Counted from the stretch's first letter, positions 17,423 through 28,158 are shown. The stretch is 64,000 nucleotides of DNA from an uncultured Marinilabiliaceae bacterium (GCA_942492595.1 CALOFK010000001.1:291373-355372); one strand, 5' to 3'. Numbers and translations: made by a program. The notes: generated from the letters alone by a model not told the origin.

Positions 17423-20296
17423 ATGAACACAAAAAGATTAGCTTTTCTTTTCCTGGCGATTATACCTTTAATGGTATTGGGCCAGAAGAAACCATTAACT
17501 CATGATGTTTACGACGAATGGAAATCTCTTAGTCAGCAAACAATTACTGATAATGGTGAGTGGATAAAGTATGAGATTAATCCTCAACAAGGAGATGGGA
17601 ACCTCTACCTTTATAATGTAAAAACAAAATCGCTCGATAAGATTGAGCGTGGATCAGGAGCCGTATTTTCTCCTGATAATGAGTTTTTTGCCTATATGGT
17701 GCAGCCTGAATATGATGTAACAAGACAGGCAAAAAAAGACAAGAAGAAGGCCGATGATATGCCTAAGAGCAATCTGGGGATAAAGATACTGAAGGGTGGA
17801 GAAACAACTCTTATAGAGAGAGTTAAGTCTTTCAGTGTTTTTGAAGAAGGGGAGTCATGGATTGCTTACCTTTTGGAAAAGCCTCTACCGGAGAAGAAGG
17901 AAAAGAAGGAAGATGTTGAGGAAACACCTGCTCCTGAAGGAAGAAGACCTGCTGCAGCAAGACCTGCAAGGGGTGGTGGAGCGAAAGCTGAAGGTAACGA
18001 ACTGGTGATATTTAATCCTGTTACAGGAGCAAAGCATAGCTATAAGGATGTTGTTGATTATACTATGGCATCTGATGGAGGAAAGATTGGTTTTGTACAA
18101 TCTACTACCGATAGCACCAAGGTTAAGCATTTTACTGTAAGCCTATTTTCAGTTGCTGACGAGTCGCTTAATGAAATATTTGAGGGTAAGGGCGAATTGA
18201 AAAACCTGACCCTCAGTGAAGATGGTACTTCGCAGGCCTTTATCTTTACTACAGACACATCAGATGTTAAGATATATGATCTTTACCTGGCGAATAATAG
18301 TGCAGCTAAGAAGATTGTTGATTGCGAGACAGAAGGAATGATTAAAGACTGGTCGGTAAGCGAGAACGGATCACTTAGTTTTACAGAGTCGGGTGAAAGA
18401 CTTCTTTTTGGTACAGCAGAAAAACCTGTTGAGGAACCAGAAGATACACTTCTTGCAGATGAAAAATATAGACTTGATATATGGAGCTGGAATGATGATA
18501 TTTTACAGCCACAACAGAAAGTTAACCTGAACCGCGAAAAACGGGCTAATTACCAGGCTGTATATTTTGTTAAGGATAATAAGATGGTTCAGCTGGCAGA
18601 TAAAGATTTACCTTCAGCAAGGATATTAATGAAAGGTGATGGTAAACTGGCAGTAGGTACTTCTGATCTCAAGTACAGGAAACTTGGATCATGGGACTCA
18701 AATCGCTATGCTGATTATTATATTATTGATGTAAAGACCGGTAAAAGAACTCTCGTTCTTGAAGCTGCTCCCTCATCGGTTGTCTTTTCTCCTACAGGAG
18801 AGCAGGTGGTATTCTGGTGTATTGAGTCAAGAAGCTGGAAAACCAAAGCTGTAGCAGGAGGAGAAGTTATTGACCTTACATCCAAACTGGGAGTTGCTTT
18901 TCATAATGAGCTTCATGATTCACCCAGTGAGCCTTCACCTTATTCAAGGTCACTCGACTGGATCGAAGGTGAACAGTTTATACTGGTTAACGACAGGTTT
19001 GATATCTGGAAAATTGACGTAACAGGGAAAGTTGCTGCGCTTAACCTTACAAATGGCTTTGGCCGTAAGAACAATATTAGCTTTAGCTATACATCGGCTG
19101 AGCCTCGCTCAGGCGGTCGCTTTGGATTCGGTGGTGGATCTGACAAGATATATATTGAGCCGAAGGAAGAGATTTATCTTACTTCATTTAATATTTACAC
19201 CAAGGATGCCGGTCTTTATACTCTGAAGATTAGTAAGGCTGCTGATCCAACCAAAATTGTATCAGGACCAAAGGCATATGGATCTTTTACAAAGGCTAAA
19301 GATGCCGATAAGATGATTTTTACCATGGGAGATTATGTAGACTACCCCGAGCTGTATGTTGCCTCGGCAAAACTGGCCAATCCTGTAAAAATATCTGATA
19401 CTAACCCACAGCAGAAAGACTATAACTGGGGTACTTCAGAGCTTGTTGAATGGAGATCTTTCGACGGACAAATGCTTCAGGGAATACTTTATAAGCCCGA
19501 GAATTTCGATCCTAATAAAAAGTATCCGATGATAGCGTACTTCTACGAGAGAAGTTCAGATGGAGTTCACAGGTATTCTGCTCCGGCACCAAGTGCTTCT
19601 ACTATAAACCGTACCTATGCAGTTAGTAATGGTTACCTGATCTTTGTTCCTGATATTCCTTACGTTGAAGGTTACCCGGGACAGAGTGCATATAATGCTA
19701 TTGTTAGCGGTACATATTCAATGCTTGATCAGTTCGATTTTATTGATCCCGATCGTCTTGGTCTGGATGGTCAGAGCTGGGGTGGTTATCAGATTGCCTA
19801 TCTTATTACTCAGACAGATCTTTTTGCATGCGCCTTTTCAGGAGCACCGGTGTCTAACATGACAAGTGCCTACGGAGGTATTCGCTGGGGATCAGGTATG
19901 AGTCGTATGTTCCAGTACGAGAAAACACAGAGTCGTATTGGTGGTACACTCTGGGAAAAGCCAATTCATTATATAGAGAATTCGCCTATATTCTTTGTTC
20001 CAAAGGTTAACACGCCCGTTCTTATTATGCATAACGATGCAGACGGTGCAGTGCCCTGGTATCAGGGAATTGAGTTCTTTGTTGCTTTAAGAAGGCTCGA
20101 TAAGCCGGCATGGTTACTGTCGTATAATGATGAGGACCATAACCTCAGGAAGAGACCAAACAGAAAAGATCTTTCGGTAAGAAAGATGCAATTCTTTGAT
20201 CATTACCTGCAGGAAGCTCCCGCACCATACTGGATGGAGAAAGGTATTAGCCAGATGGAGAAGGGTAAAATTGATGGATATAGATTAATGAAATAG
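17423..20296 (+). CDS. S9 family serine peptidase (prolyl oligopeptidase / DPP-like) with an N-terminal beta-propeller region
   Basis: Start set at MNTKRLAFLFLAIIPLMVLGQ (signal peptide). Catalytic elements GQSWGGY (Ser), HNDADGAVP (Asp) and DEDHNL (His). Confidence 0.85.
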   Translation: MNTKRLAFLFLAIIPLMVLGQKKPLTHDVYDEWKSLSQQTITDNGEWIKYEINPQQGDGNLYLYNVKTKSLDKIERGSGAVFSPDNEFFAYMVQPEYDVTRQAKKDKKKADDMPKSNLGIKILKGGETTLIERVKSFSVFEEGESWIAYLLEKPLPEKKEKKEDVEETPAPEGRRPAAARPARGGGAKAEGNELVIFNPVTGAKHSYKDVVDYTMASDGGKIGFVQSTTDSTKVKHFTVSLFSVADESLNEIFEGKGELKNLTLSEDGTSQAFIFTTDTSDVKIYDLYLANNSAAKKIVDCETEGMIKDWSVSENGSLSFTESGERLLFGTAEKPVEEPEDTLLADEKYRLDIWSWNDDILQPQQKVNLNREKRANYQAVYFVKDNKMVQLADKDLPSARILMKGDGKLAVGTSDLKYRKLGSWDSNRYADYYIIDVKTGKRTLVLEAAPSSVVFSPTGEQVVFWCIESRSWKTKAVAGGEVIDLTSKLGVAFHNELHDSPSEPSPYSRSLDWIEGEQFILVNDRFDIWKIDVTGKVAALNLTNGFGRKNNISFSYTSAEPRSGGRFGFGGGSDKIYIEPKEEIYLTSFNIYTKDAGLYTLKISKAADPTKIVSGPKAYGSFTKAKDADKMIFTMGDYVDYPELYVASAKLANPVKISDTNPQQKDYNWGTSELVEWRSFDGQMLQGILYKPENFDPNKKYPMIAYFYERSSDGVHRYSAPAPSASTINRTYAVSNGYLIFVPDIPYVEGYPGQSAYNAIVSGTYSMLDQFDFIDPDRLGLDGQSWGGYQIAYLITQTDLFACAFSGAPVSNMTSAYGGIRWGSGMSRMFQYEKTQSRIGGTLWEKPIHYIENSPIFFVPKVNTPVLIMHNDADGAVPWYQGIEFFVALRRLDKPAWLLSYNDEDHNLRKRPNRKDLSVRKMQFFDHYLQEAPAPYWMEKGISQMEKGKIDGYRLMK

Positions 20297-20305
20297 TAAT
20301 AAGTT

Positions 20306-20359
20306 GTGAGAGTAGTGAGAAGTGAGTAAGACTCATCTCTCACCTCTCACCTCTTTTTT
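20306..20359 (+). terminator. Imperfect hairpin plus T6, a candidate terminator between convergent genes
   Basis: GTGAG-rich arm (20306-20326) faces a CTCAC-rich arm (20332-20353), followed by TTTTTT. The 3' arm overlaps the stop codon of the minus-strand helicase gene. Confidence 0.4.
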
Positions 20360-22074
20360 CTACCTTTATAGCCAGAGTTTTTCTGGCTTTTGTTTTTGTA
20401 ACTGCCGGACTTATTACCATACTGGCTTTTCCCTCTGTTTCTTGGCCGCGAACGGTCTCCTTTTATTTCTCCTTCTGAGATATCGACTTTTATATTTACT
20501 CCTTCATAAACCGTATTCTCAAAAGCCTTAAGGGTATCCCTGTCGAAATCCTTGTCTATTTCAAAGAAAGAAAAGTTTCTCTGAACATCAACTTTGCCAA
20601 TATCAATATCGTTTCTTTTAAGAGCTTCGTTTATCAGGCCAATAAGGTGCGAAGGATTCATTCCCGTCTTTGCTCCAAGGTTAATGTACATCCTGGTGTA
20701 GGACGCTTTTCCCTTTCGTCTTTTACCTTCATCACTCCCTTTTTCAGGGTTTACATTTAGGTCGCCTGCATTTTTATAATACTCGAGGAAGCGGTTAAAC
20801 TCAACCGATACAAAGTGTTTGATCAGCTCTTCCCGATCGAGCCATTCAAGCTTCTTATATATTGAAGGCAGGAAGGACGATATTTTTGTCTCATCTATCT
20901 CCACCTTCTCTACTTTATCAATAAGATTGAATAATCTCTTCTCACATATTTCCCTGCCTCCTGGAATTTGCATATATGTGAACTTCTTACCAACCAACTT
21001 TTCAAGCTCTTTTATACGACGACCTTCCCTTGAGTGTGTAATTGTAATTGAAATACCATGTTTGCCGGCTCTGCCTGTACGTCCACTACGGTGAATATAT
21101 ACTTCAGGATCATCAGGTAGGTTATAGTTAATGATATGTGATAGGTCTTGTACATCCAGACCCCTTGCAGCAACATCTGTGGCTACAAGCAACTGAAGGT
21201 GTCCATTACGAAAGCGCTGCATAACGGAATCTCTCTGCGCCTGTGAAAGGTCGCCATGAAGAGCATCAGCATTATAGCCATCCTGGATAAGCTTATCTGC
21301 TACATCCTTGGTTTCACGTCGTGTGCGGCAAAAGACTATACCATATATACTGGGATTTATATCTGCCAGTCGCTTAAGGGCAATATATCTGTCGGCAGCC
21401 TTTACAACGTAATAATGGTGTTCAACATTGGCAGCTCCTGTATTTTTTTTGCCGGCAGAAATTTCAAGTGGGTCATTCATATAATTATTTGCTATATGTC
21501 TGACGCCGGCGGGCATTGTTGCTGAGAAAAGTAGCGATTGCCTGCTGGCAGGTGTATCTTGTAATATGGCATCAAGGTCTTCTTTAAATCCCATATTCAG
21601 CATCTCGTCTGCCTCATCAAGAACCATCCACCTTATTTTTTTAAGCTTCAATACATTTCTCTTTATCAGGTCGAGTGTCCGGCCGGGAGTCCCTACTACA
21701 ATATGGGCTCCTTTTTTCAATGAATTAATCTGGGGTACAATACTGGTACCACCATAAACGGCAAGTATCTTTACTCCGGGTGAATATTTGGAAAAACTTT
21801 CCAGGTCGCTGGTTATCTGCAGACAGAGCTCTCTAGTTGGGCAGAGAATAATTGATTGTACTCCGATCTGGCTGGTATCAAGTTGTTCAATAATTGGAAG
21901 TCCGAATCCTGCTGTCTTACCGGTTCCGGTCTGGGCCAGGCCGATAATGTCTCTTCCGGAATCAAGAATTACCGGTATAACTTTTTCCTGTATAGGTGTC
22001 GGATTAATAAAGCCGAGCTCATCTACGGCCTTCAGTATGCCCTTACTCAGGGGATATTCTTTAAATGTTTGCAT
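20347..22074 (-). CDS. DEAD-box ATP-dependent RNA helicase with a DbpA-like C-terminal domain and a basic tail
   Basis: Motifs AQTGTGKT, PTRELC, VLDEADEML, SAT and HRSGRTGRAG. The tail is Arg/Lys/Ser/Gly-rich. Confidence 0.9.
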   Translation of the reverse strand: MQTFKEYPLSKGILKAVDELGFINPTPIQEKVIPVILDSGRDIIGLAQTGTGKTAGFGLPIIEQLDTSQIGVQSIILCPTRELCLQITSDLESFSKYSPGVKILAVYGGTSIVPQINSLKKGAHIVVGTPGRTLDLIKRNVLKLKKIRWMVLDEADEMLNMGFKEDLDAILQDTPASRQSLLFSATMPAGVRHIANNYMNDPLEISAGKKNTGAANVEHHYYVVKAADRYIALKRLADINPSIYGIVFCRTRRETKDVADKLIQDGYNADALHGDLSQAQRDSVMQRFRNGHLQLLVATDVAARGLDVQDLSHIINYNLPDDPEVYIHRSGRTGRAGKHGISITITHSREGRRIKELEKLVGKKFTYMQIPGGREICEKRLFNLIDKVEKVEIDETKISSFLPSIYKKLEWLDREELIKHFVSVEFNRFLEYYKNAGDLNVNPEKGSDEGKRRKGKASYTRMYINLGAKTGMNPSHLIGLINEALKRNDIDIGKVDVQRNFSFFEIDKDFDRDTLKAFENTVYEGVNIKVDISEGEIKGDRSRPRNRGKSQYGNKSGSYKNKSQKNSGYKGRKKR

Positions 22075-22094
22075 ATTAATATGTTATCAGGGCG

Positions 22095-22102
22095 CAAAGG
22101 TA
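22095..22102 (-). promoter_or_regulatory. -7 promoter box (TACCTTTG on the minus strand) for the helicase gene
   Basis: Plus-strand CAAAGGTA lies ~21 nt upstream of the ATG at 22074. Confidence 0.45.
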
Positions 22103-22274
22103 GACTTATTATTCGATTTTACTCCCCAATATTAAATATATTATATCATGCAGAAGTCCGGAGATAGTTAAAAACTAATTCGGCTTGTTAATAAACACTT
22201 CTCAGAGGGGTTGATTTAGTTTGGAGATTCAAAGAAATTCGTAGCTTATTGGGAAAAATATACCGATTAAAGAT

Positions 22275-23108
22275 ATGCTGAAACTAATTTCAGGCTTGCT
22301 GGGCTTATTTTTTTTCTTATCAGGAGAAAACCCGAACATATCAGATAGTGATTCTCAGGGTGACACTCCTCTGGTAAGAACCTATGAGATTTTTGGCAGC
22401 AAGTATTCAAAGGTGGAAATAAAGGATAACAGCCTTGAGGGAGCAGTTTATTATCTTATGTCAGGACATGGGGGACCTGATCCCGGTGCCCAGGGCAGCT
22501 ATGGTAACTACATCCTTGCAGAGGACGAATATGCCTATGATGTGACTCTGCGTCTTGCCAGGGGGCTAATTGAGCATGGTGCCCTGGTATATATGATAAC
22601 TAGGGATAATAATGATGGTATTCGCGATCAGAATATTTTACCCAGGGATAAGGATGAGAGATGCTATCCCTCTGATCCCATCCCGGCAAACCAAATGGCA
22701 AGGTTACGACAAAGAACAAATGCAGTAAACCGACTAAACAGGAAATACAGGGGCAGGTACCAGAGACTTGTGGTACTGCATCTTGATAGCAGCAGCAGCA
22801 GTGAAAATATTGATGTCTACTTCTATCATCATCAGAACAGCAGTTCCGGCAAGAGGATGGCTACAAATATTCATAATACTATAAAGGATAATTACCGCAG
22901 GCATCAGCCCAATCGGCCCTATAATGGTACAGTTACTACCAGAAGTGGTTTATATGTAATAAGAAACACTCATCCCCCGACTGTATTTATTGAGCTTGGG
23001 AATATTCGTAACTCAAGGGATCAGAAAAGGTTTGTACTGGCTGATAACCGTCAGGCACTTGCTAACTGGATATCCGACGGACTGTTAAAGGATTATAAAA
23101 CCAGATAA
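22275..23108 (+). CDS. N-acetylmuramoyl-L-alanine amidase (Amidase_3 type)
   Basis: SGHGGPDPGA zinc-ligand motif, AEDEYAYDV, and the later FIELGN motif typical of this family. Confidence 0.8.
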   Translation: MLKLISGLLGLFFFLSGENPNISDSDSQGDTPLVRTYEIFGSKYSKVEIKDNSLEGAVYYLMSGHGGPDPGAQGSYGNYILAEDEYAYDVTLRLARGLIEHGALVYMITRDNNDGIRDQNILPRDKDERCYPSDPIPANQMARLRQRTNAVNRLNRKYRGRYQRLVVLHLDSSSSSENIDVYFYHHQNSSSGKRMATNIHNTIKDNYRRHQPNRPYNGTVTTRSGLYVIRNTHPPTVFIELGNIRNSRDQKRFVLADNRQALANWISDGLLKDYKTR

Positions 23109-23138
23109 TAAATCTATTACGAAAGAGTATATAATAAT

Positions 23139-23699
23139 ATGAACTACCTTGATATAATAATACTTGCAATTCTTGCCTGGAGTCTCTTCAGGGGATTTAA
23201 AAACGGTCTGTTTATCGAGATAGCATCGGTGGCTGCCCTGATACTCGGAATTTGGGGTTCAATTAGATTTTCAGGATTTACTGAGAATAAGCTTGTTGAG
23301 TATTTCGATCTTCAGACACAATATATTGGTCTTATTTCCTTTGTTATAACTTTTATAGTAATAGTAGTACTGATTCATTTCCTTGCCAATGCCCTCGATA
23401 AGCTACTTAAGGCAGTTGCCCTGGGCTTTTTTGTCAGGATATTGGGGATGCTTTTTGCAGTAATAAAGTCGGTACTAATTATGAGTATTGTTTTTGTTGT
23501 TTTAAGCACTCTCGATCGTAATTCAAAACTGATTAGTACTACACAGAAAGATGAGTCGGTACTTTATCATCCGGTTGCAGATTTTGCACCAATGCTCTTT
23601 CCTATAATCGAAGGAGGTGATCTGCGTAATGGCTTTGAGAAATTGAAAAGTCGCAAAGGGGAAAGAGCAAAAAAGGAAGAGCCCGGTGTGATTGTCTGA
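23139..23699 (+). CDS. CvpA family membrane protein
   Basis: N-terminus MNYLDIIILAILAWSLFRGFKNGLFIEI plus four hydrophobic helices, the typical CvpA layout. Confidence 0.75.
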   Translation: MNYLDIIILAILAWSLFRGFKNGLFIEIASVAALILGIWGSIRFSGFTENKLVEYFDLQTQYIGLISFVITFIVIVVLIHFLANALDKLLKAVALGFFVRILGMLFAVIKSVLIMSIVFVVLSTLDRNSKLISTTQKDESVLYHPVADFAPMLFPIIEGGDLRNGFEKLKSRKGERAKKEEPGVIV

Positions 23700-23752
23700 A
23701 AGGGCAGAGGCGAAGTGCTAAGTTATATGGTTTATTAAGCTTTCAACCTTTA

Positions 23753-24745
23753 TTATCCAGCCTTGCATTTGAATGCTTTGAAGGGAATTACTTTTACGCC
23801 TTTGCCAAAAGTAGCAGCAACGATAACAGGTTTGTTGCTTTCTTCCATAATAATTTTGATTCTTTGTATAGGAACCCCTGTCATAACTTTGCATATAAGA
23901 TTGCCCTGGGGCTTAAAAAGGATGATTGACCCATTCTGGTGACCCATTACCAGTATATTGTCTTCTTCAGATGTATCAAAGGAAGAAATTGTACTCACGC
24001 TTGAGTATAATATTTTAGATGAGTTATTAGCCGGATTAATGCTTATAATTTTCTTGTTCTTTCCACCTGCTAAGATATTCCCGGATGAGTTTTCTATCAG
24101 CATATCCCTTATTATACCTGAATTTATGGATGAGAAAGATTCAGTTTTATTTGTAAGCAGATTAAAAGAGTTGATTCTTCCATTAGAATCGGAAAAATAT
24201 AATTCATGTCCAGAAGAGTTTAAGGTAAGTCTCGTAATAAAAGACTCCTTATTACTAAAAAGGGTGTCATAAGTATTTGTGGCAGTCTTGTACCTAAGGA
24301 CAGATCCGTCGGCTCCTCCCGAAAAAATATTTTCTGAGCTGGGCGAAATTTCTAAAGTAAGAACAGCACCAGTATGCATCTTCTTTCTATTTACGATTAA
24401 TCTGCTCTTAGCATCCCAGATAATGATTTCACCATCTTCTGTACCTCCTGCAATAAGACTGCTATCTTTTGCAAAGGCAATACTCTGGAGATCCCTGGAT
24501 CCAGGAATTGTAAAAGTGCAGATGTTTTCTTTTTTAACCATGTCATATGCAATAATGGAAGAACCCAGGGTATAAAAAAGTGTGCTGCCATTTTCACTCA
24601 GGGCCAGGTCTTTTATAAAGCTCTTATTTCCTCCTATTGTTACTGGACTATCAAGATCTTGGCCGTACACGGGAGCATTAAAATATGATAATACCGTAAA
24701 TATGAATATGCCGGACATTAAAAATCTAGAAATAATAGCTTTCAT
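23753..24745 (-). CDS. Secreted WD40-like beta-propeller protein
   Basis: Signal peptide. Repeated blade-end motifs: GGTEDGEIIIWD, GGADGSVLRY, SDSNGRINSFN, GHQNGSIILF. Confidence 0.6.
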   Translation of the reverse strand: MKAIISRFLMSGIFIFTVLSYFNAPVYGQDLDSPVTIGGNKSFIKDLALSENGSTLFYTLGSSIIAYDMVKKENICTFTIPGSRDLQSIAFAKDSSLIAGGTEDGEIIIWDAKSRLIVNRKKMHTGAVLTLEISPSSENIFSGGADGSVLRYKTATNTYDTLFSNKESFITRLTLNSSGHELYFSDSNGRINSFNLLTNKTESFSSINSGIIRDMLIENSSGNILAGGKNKKIISINPANNSSKILYSSVSTISSFDTSEEDNILVMGHQNGSIILFKPQGNLICKVMTGVPIQRIKIIMEESNKPVIVAATFGKGVKVIPFKAFKCKAG

Positions 24746-25409
24746 CCTGGAATATTGTATATGATAAACCTATTTGTATAAATATAGAACCTGTTTTATT
24801 TTCATTTGAAAAATTAAAGCTTTCAGAGTAAAAAGAGGCTCCGGATTCAAGAAAAACACCCAACAGTTCCAGCGGGTGATATGAGATTCCGATGCTTAGC
24901 ATACCCCCCGGATCAATTGCCTTAAGCTTTGTAGTCTCAGTATCCTGATCCGGATCAATGGGATGAACTAAAGTTGTTGAAATAAAACTCTGGAATCTCA
25001 GGCCGGCTCCTGCTTTAATATAGTACTTAAAAGCCCGGTTATCAAGAGCCCTGGCGAAGGGGTTTATTTTCTTAATTAAAGCAATGGCATCTGCATGCTT
25101 TAGTTTACTATCATAAAATAATAGATTATCATTATATGTCCAGTTAGAGTATTCCCCTAGATTTAAATTAATCCCGGCATAGGTGTTTTTCAAAATTTGA
25201 TAGTAGGCACTCCCTCCCAAAGAATATCTGTTCTTATAATTTTCATAAAGTGAGGGGATGATAAAACTACCAGAGCTTACGGTTTCGTTTCCTATATTGA
25301 ATTCATTGTTATAATAAATATGCAAGGATAGTTTGCTATCGATAATCTGTGAAAAAGAATTATGCGAGATAATCAGAATAATTATACTTATACTCAAACG
25401 ATATAACAT
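24726..25409 (-). CDS. Putative outer-membrane beta-barrel protein
   Basis: Signal peptide, alternating aromatic/small-residue strands and a C-terminal aromatic residue (...ESYYF). Its 3' end overlaps the start of the downstream WD40 gene by 20 nt. Confidence 0.5.
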   Translation of the reverse strand: MLYRLSISIIILIISHNSFSQIIDSKLSLHIYYNNEFNIGNETVSSGSFIIPSLYENYKNRYSLGGSAYYQILKNTYAGINLNLGEYSNWTYNDNLLFYDSKLKHADAIALIKKINPFARALDNRAFKYYIKAGAGLRFQSFISTTLVHPIDPDQDTETTKLKAIDPGGMLSIGISYHPLELLGVFLESGASFYSESFNFSNENKTGSIFIQIGLSYTIFQDESYYF

Positions 25410-25420
25410 GTCTTTATTTT

Positions 25421-27958
25421 CTAAAAGTCTTTTTCCGGATCATATTTGAAGAGGGTTGTATGATGATTGTGAAAAATACCCTTATTATTTAATGTATTGT
25501 GAAATGCCACTTCCCCAGACCAAAATTTTGTTTTCATACTCCAGCTATCATCAAAGGCATTGTACTCATAGAATTGTGTAATGTTATCAAGTAGAAAGCC
25601 AATATATACTTTGCTATTCAGCACAAAACTCATAATTTTTTGTGCCTCTTGCGGTAGCTGACCCATTTGCTCCCAGCTATCTGTATTGATATGGTATTTG
25701 AAAAAATTTCCGTCGTTAAGAAATACCCAGGCATCGCCGTTAATGCTGAACATTTCAATAGCATTATCACCAGGGATATCAGTTAATTGCAGCCAGGCAT
25801 CGCTTGCTGGGTCATATCTCCAAAAGTCCCTTTTCGCAAGACCTTCTGAATCTGTTCCCGAACCAACATATCCAAATCCATTTGATGAGAATGCAACAGC
25901 ACTATTTGTCGGCCCACCGGGGTAATCTGCTATTGGTTCCCAGGTTTGAGAATATTTGTTGTAACTGTGAAATTTATCAAATGGAGGCAAAGATAACCTG
26001 CTACTTCCAAGACCGGAATAGGCGATAGTGTCGATAACAAAGCTTGCTGACCAATTAACTGCATAATTGGGATAAGACCCCCACAGAGATGAAGAATAGC
26101 TATAATTATCCACGTAGATCCATGTAGTATAATATGTGGTAAAGGATCCCATTAAAACGAAAACTGTATCTCCCAGCACAAAAGAATTAAAAGGACGTAC
26201 CATATTTCCGTTGTCTAAGTATCTGGTTGAGACAGTTGAAAACGGATATACAGAAAACACAGGTAATGAGGATTGTTGAGAGCCTGAATTAAAGTACACT
26301 TCAATATCACCGTGAGTGATACCTCTAAGAGGTACATAAAAATAAAATGAGTTATTTGATATGTCTTGATAAGGAGGACGGAACCTATAACCACTAATAT
26401 TTATTACAATTGAAGTAATATCGCTTGGGGCATCATTAAACTGAACGATAACTTTATCACCAAGTCTTATTGTGTCGTGTGATATGGAAACTATATCCAG
26501 AGACCTGTAGGTAAAGTTGCCAACAGGCTCATCGAAAGTATCTATATTTAGTCTTACCGGATAGGACCCGGGAGGAAGATCTGGTGCCAAGACCTTAATA
26601 GAAGTATCTGTTAATGAAGTAATTTTTGCCTCAAGACCACCAATGTATACTTTACTAAAATCTTCCCAGGGATGAATATGAATTCCAGACAGGGTTATGG
26701 TATCTCTGTACATTCCTGATGCGGGAAGTATAGTGTTTATTATGGGTTTATTTAGCCTGAAGTATTTACCGCTTCGAAAATATTTGCCATTTATTCTTAA
26801 GGAAATTTCCTGAGGCTCAAGGTTTACTATATTTCTGGGAACCTTAAAACTGATTATTGAGTCACAGGCTGTTACATCATTGGAATAGATAAAGGCACTT
26901 CCAATATTTAGATAAACTGTCGGGTTAATTCCCCCACTGAAAAAGCGACCTTTAAGTATTACAGAGTCGTAGACATCGGCAATATCAGGAATGACTTCTT
27001 TTAACTCTACCTGGTGATGTTTGTAGCTGAGAGAATTGCTTTTTGAGCAGGAGTTTTCAGCAATAAAATCAAACTCTCCCCCGTCCATATCCGAAGGTAA
27101 GACCAGTCTTACTGTACTGTCGTTAATAAAAGTGGAGCTTATTAAGCTGTCATTAAATCTAAAACGAGTAAGCTGGTTATCCATGGTCCTTTTCGCTGAT
27201 TCACTATAGTAAACCCTGTTGGAAAAATTTCTTCCTGTTATAGTAATTGGCTGGAGATAATTACCCTCGCCTGGTGTTACGGAGCTTATACTAATAGGTG
27301 GATAAACTGAAATTCCCTCAGCCAGCTCGGCACTGTTTCCTGCAATGATAACTTCAACGGAGGCTGGTGATTGACTTACCTCGTCAGGTATTACAACCAC
27401 TAAGGAATCATTAGAGACAGATAGTAAGGGAGCCGGGTAGCTGTCAATAAGTACCTGGGTTTGTTCTTTGAACGACCCGAAATTATCTCCAAGTATTAAT
27501 ATTGTATCATTCCAGGAGACAGTGTCAGGAATAATTTTTTTAATCTCGGGAATTCGTGCTCCAAGGCTGGTAAAGAATACCTTATTACCAAGATAAGTTT
27601 CCCCCTTATAAACTGTGAATGATATTAAATTGTAGGTTTTGTCTTTTGATAGACTGTAATCAATAAGTGAAGAATAAATTCCCTGCTCATCAATATTTGA
27701 TGATATTACCTTAAACATTTCTGAAAACTGGATATTTAGTTTATCAGACCAGGCAAAGCCATACTCAGTTGTATGGTTTGAATCATAGTTTGTGATACGT
27801 GCATTAAAGACTGCTCCGTTTTCATCAATATCCTTTACCATACCTGTTATTATAACAGGGTATATTAGCTCTTCTTTTGAACATGATTTAAAACTTATAA
27901 TCGAGATCAGTAATAATAATCCGAGCAGGTATCGATTTAGGCGGGAAATATTTATCAT
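25421..27958 (-). CDS. Large lipoprotein with IPT/TIG-like repeats and a C-terminal Kelch-like propeller region
   Basis: Lipobox (FKSCSK). Repeated I-x-x-I-x-P...G-x-x-I-T-I-x-G-x-x-F modules, e.g. ITGRNFSN, LKGRFFSG, LSGIHIHP. The C-terminal third has W/Y-rich Kelch-like repeats. Confidence 0.65.
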   Translation of the reverse strand: MINISRLNRYLLGLLLLISIISFKSCSKEELIYPVIITGMVKDIDENGAVFNARITNYDSNHTTEYGFAWSDKLNIQFSEMFKVISSNIDEQGIYSSLIDYSLSKDKTYNLISFTVYKGETYLGNKVFFTSLGARIPEIKKIIPDTVSWNDTILILGDNFGSFKEQTQVLIDSYPAPLLSVSNDSLVVVIPDEVSQSPASVEVIIAGNSAELAEGISVYPPISISSVTPGEGNYLQPITITGRNFSNRVYYSESAKRTMDNQLTRFRFNDSLISSTFINDSTVRLVLPSDMDGGEFDFIAENSCSKSNSLSYKHHQVELKEVIPDIADVYDSVILKGRFFSGGINPTVYLNIGSAFIYSNDVTACDSIISFKVPRNIVNLEPQEISLRINGKYFRSGKYFRLNKPIINTILPASGMYRDTITLSGIHIHPWEDFSKVYIGGLEAKITSLTDTSIKVLAPDLPPGSYPVRLNIDTFDEPVGNFTYRSLDIVSISHDTIRLGDKVIVQFNDAPSDITSIVINISGYRFRPPYQDISNNSFYFYVPLRGITHGDIEVYFNSGSQQSSLPVFSVYPFSTVSTRYLDNGNMVRPFNSFVLGDTVFVLMGSFTTYYTTWIYVDNYSYSSSLWGSYPNYAVNWSASFVIDTIAYSGLGSSRLSLPPFDKFHSYNKYSQTWEPIADYPGGPTNSAVAFSSNGFGYVGSGTDSEGLAKRDFWRYDPASDAWLQLTDIPGDNAIEMFSINGDAWVFLNDGNFFKYHINTDSWEQMGQLPQEAQKIMSFVLNSKVYIGFLLDNITQFYEYNAFDDSWSMKTKFWSGEVAFHNTLNNKGIFHNHHTTLFKYDPEKDF

Positions 27959-28150
27959 GCAGACAGTACTATATTGATAATACCTAATATTTATACAAAA
28001 GTAAAAAATTGTTAAATCACAGAGATGTTTTATATCATATTATTGCAAATACCTTTTCCCTGCAAGAAATACCGCGCCTTGGTCTTTTTCTTTTCAACAA
28101 TTTCATGCCAGTTTAAATCCTTTCAACCTTTATTTAAGTCCTCTTTATCT

Positions 28151-28158
28151 TATATTTG
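28151..28158 (+). promoter_or_regulatory. -7 promoter box TATATTTG (TAnnTTTG) for tyrS
   Basis: Exact match to the Bacteroidota -7 consensus, 19 nt upstream of the ATG at 28177. Confidence 0.5.
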
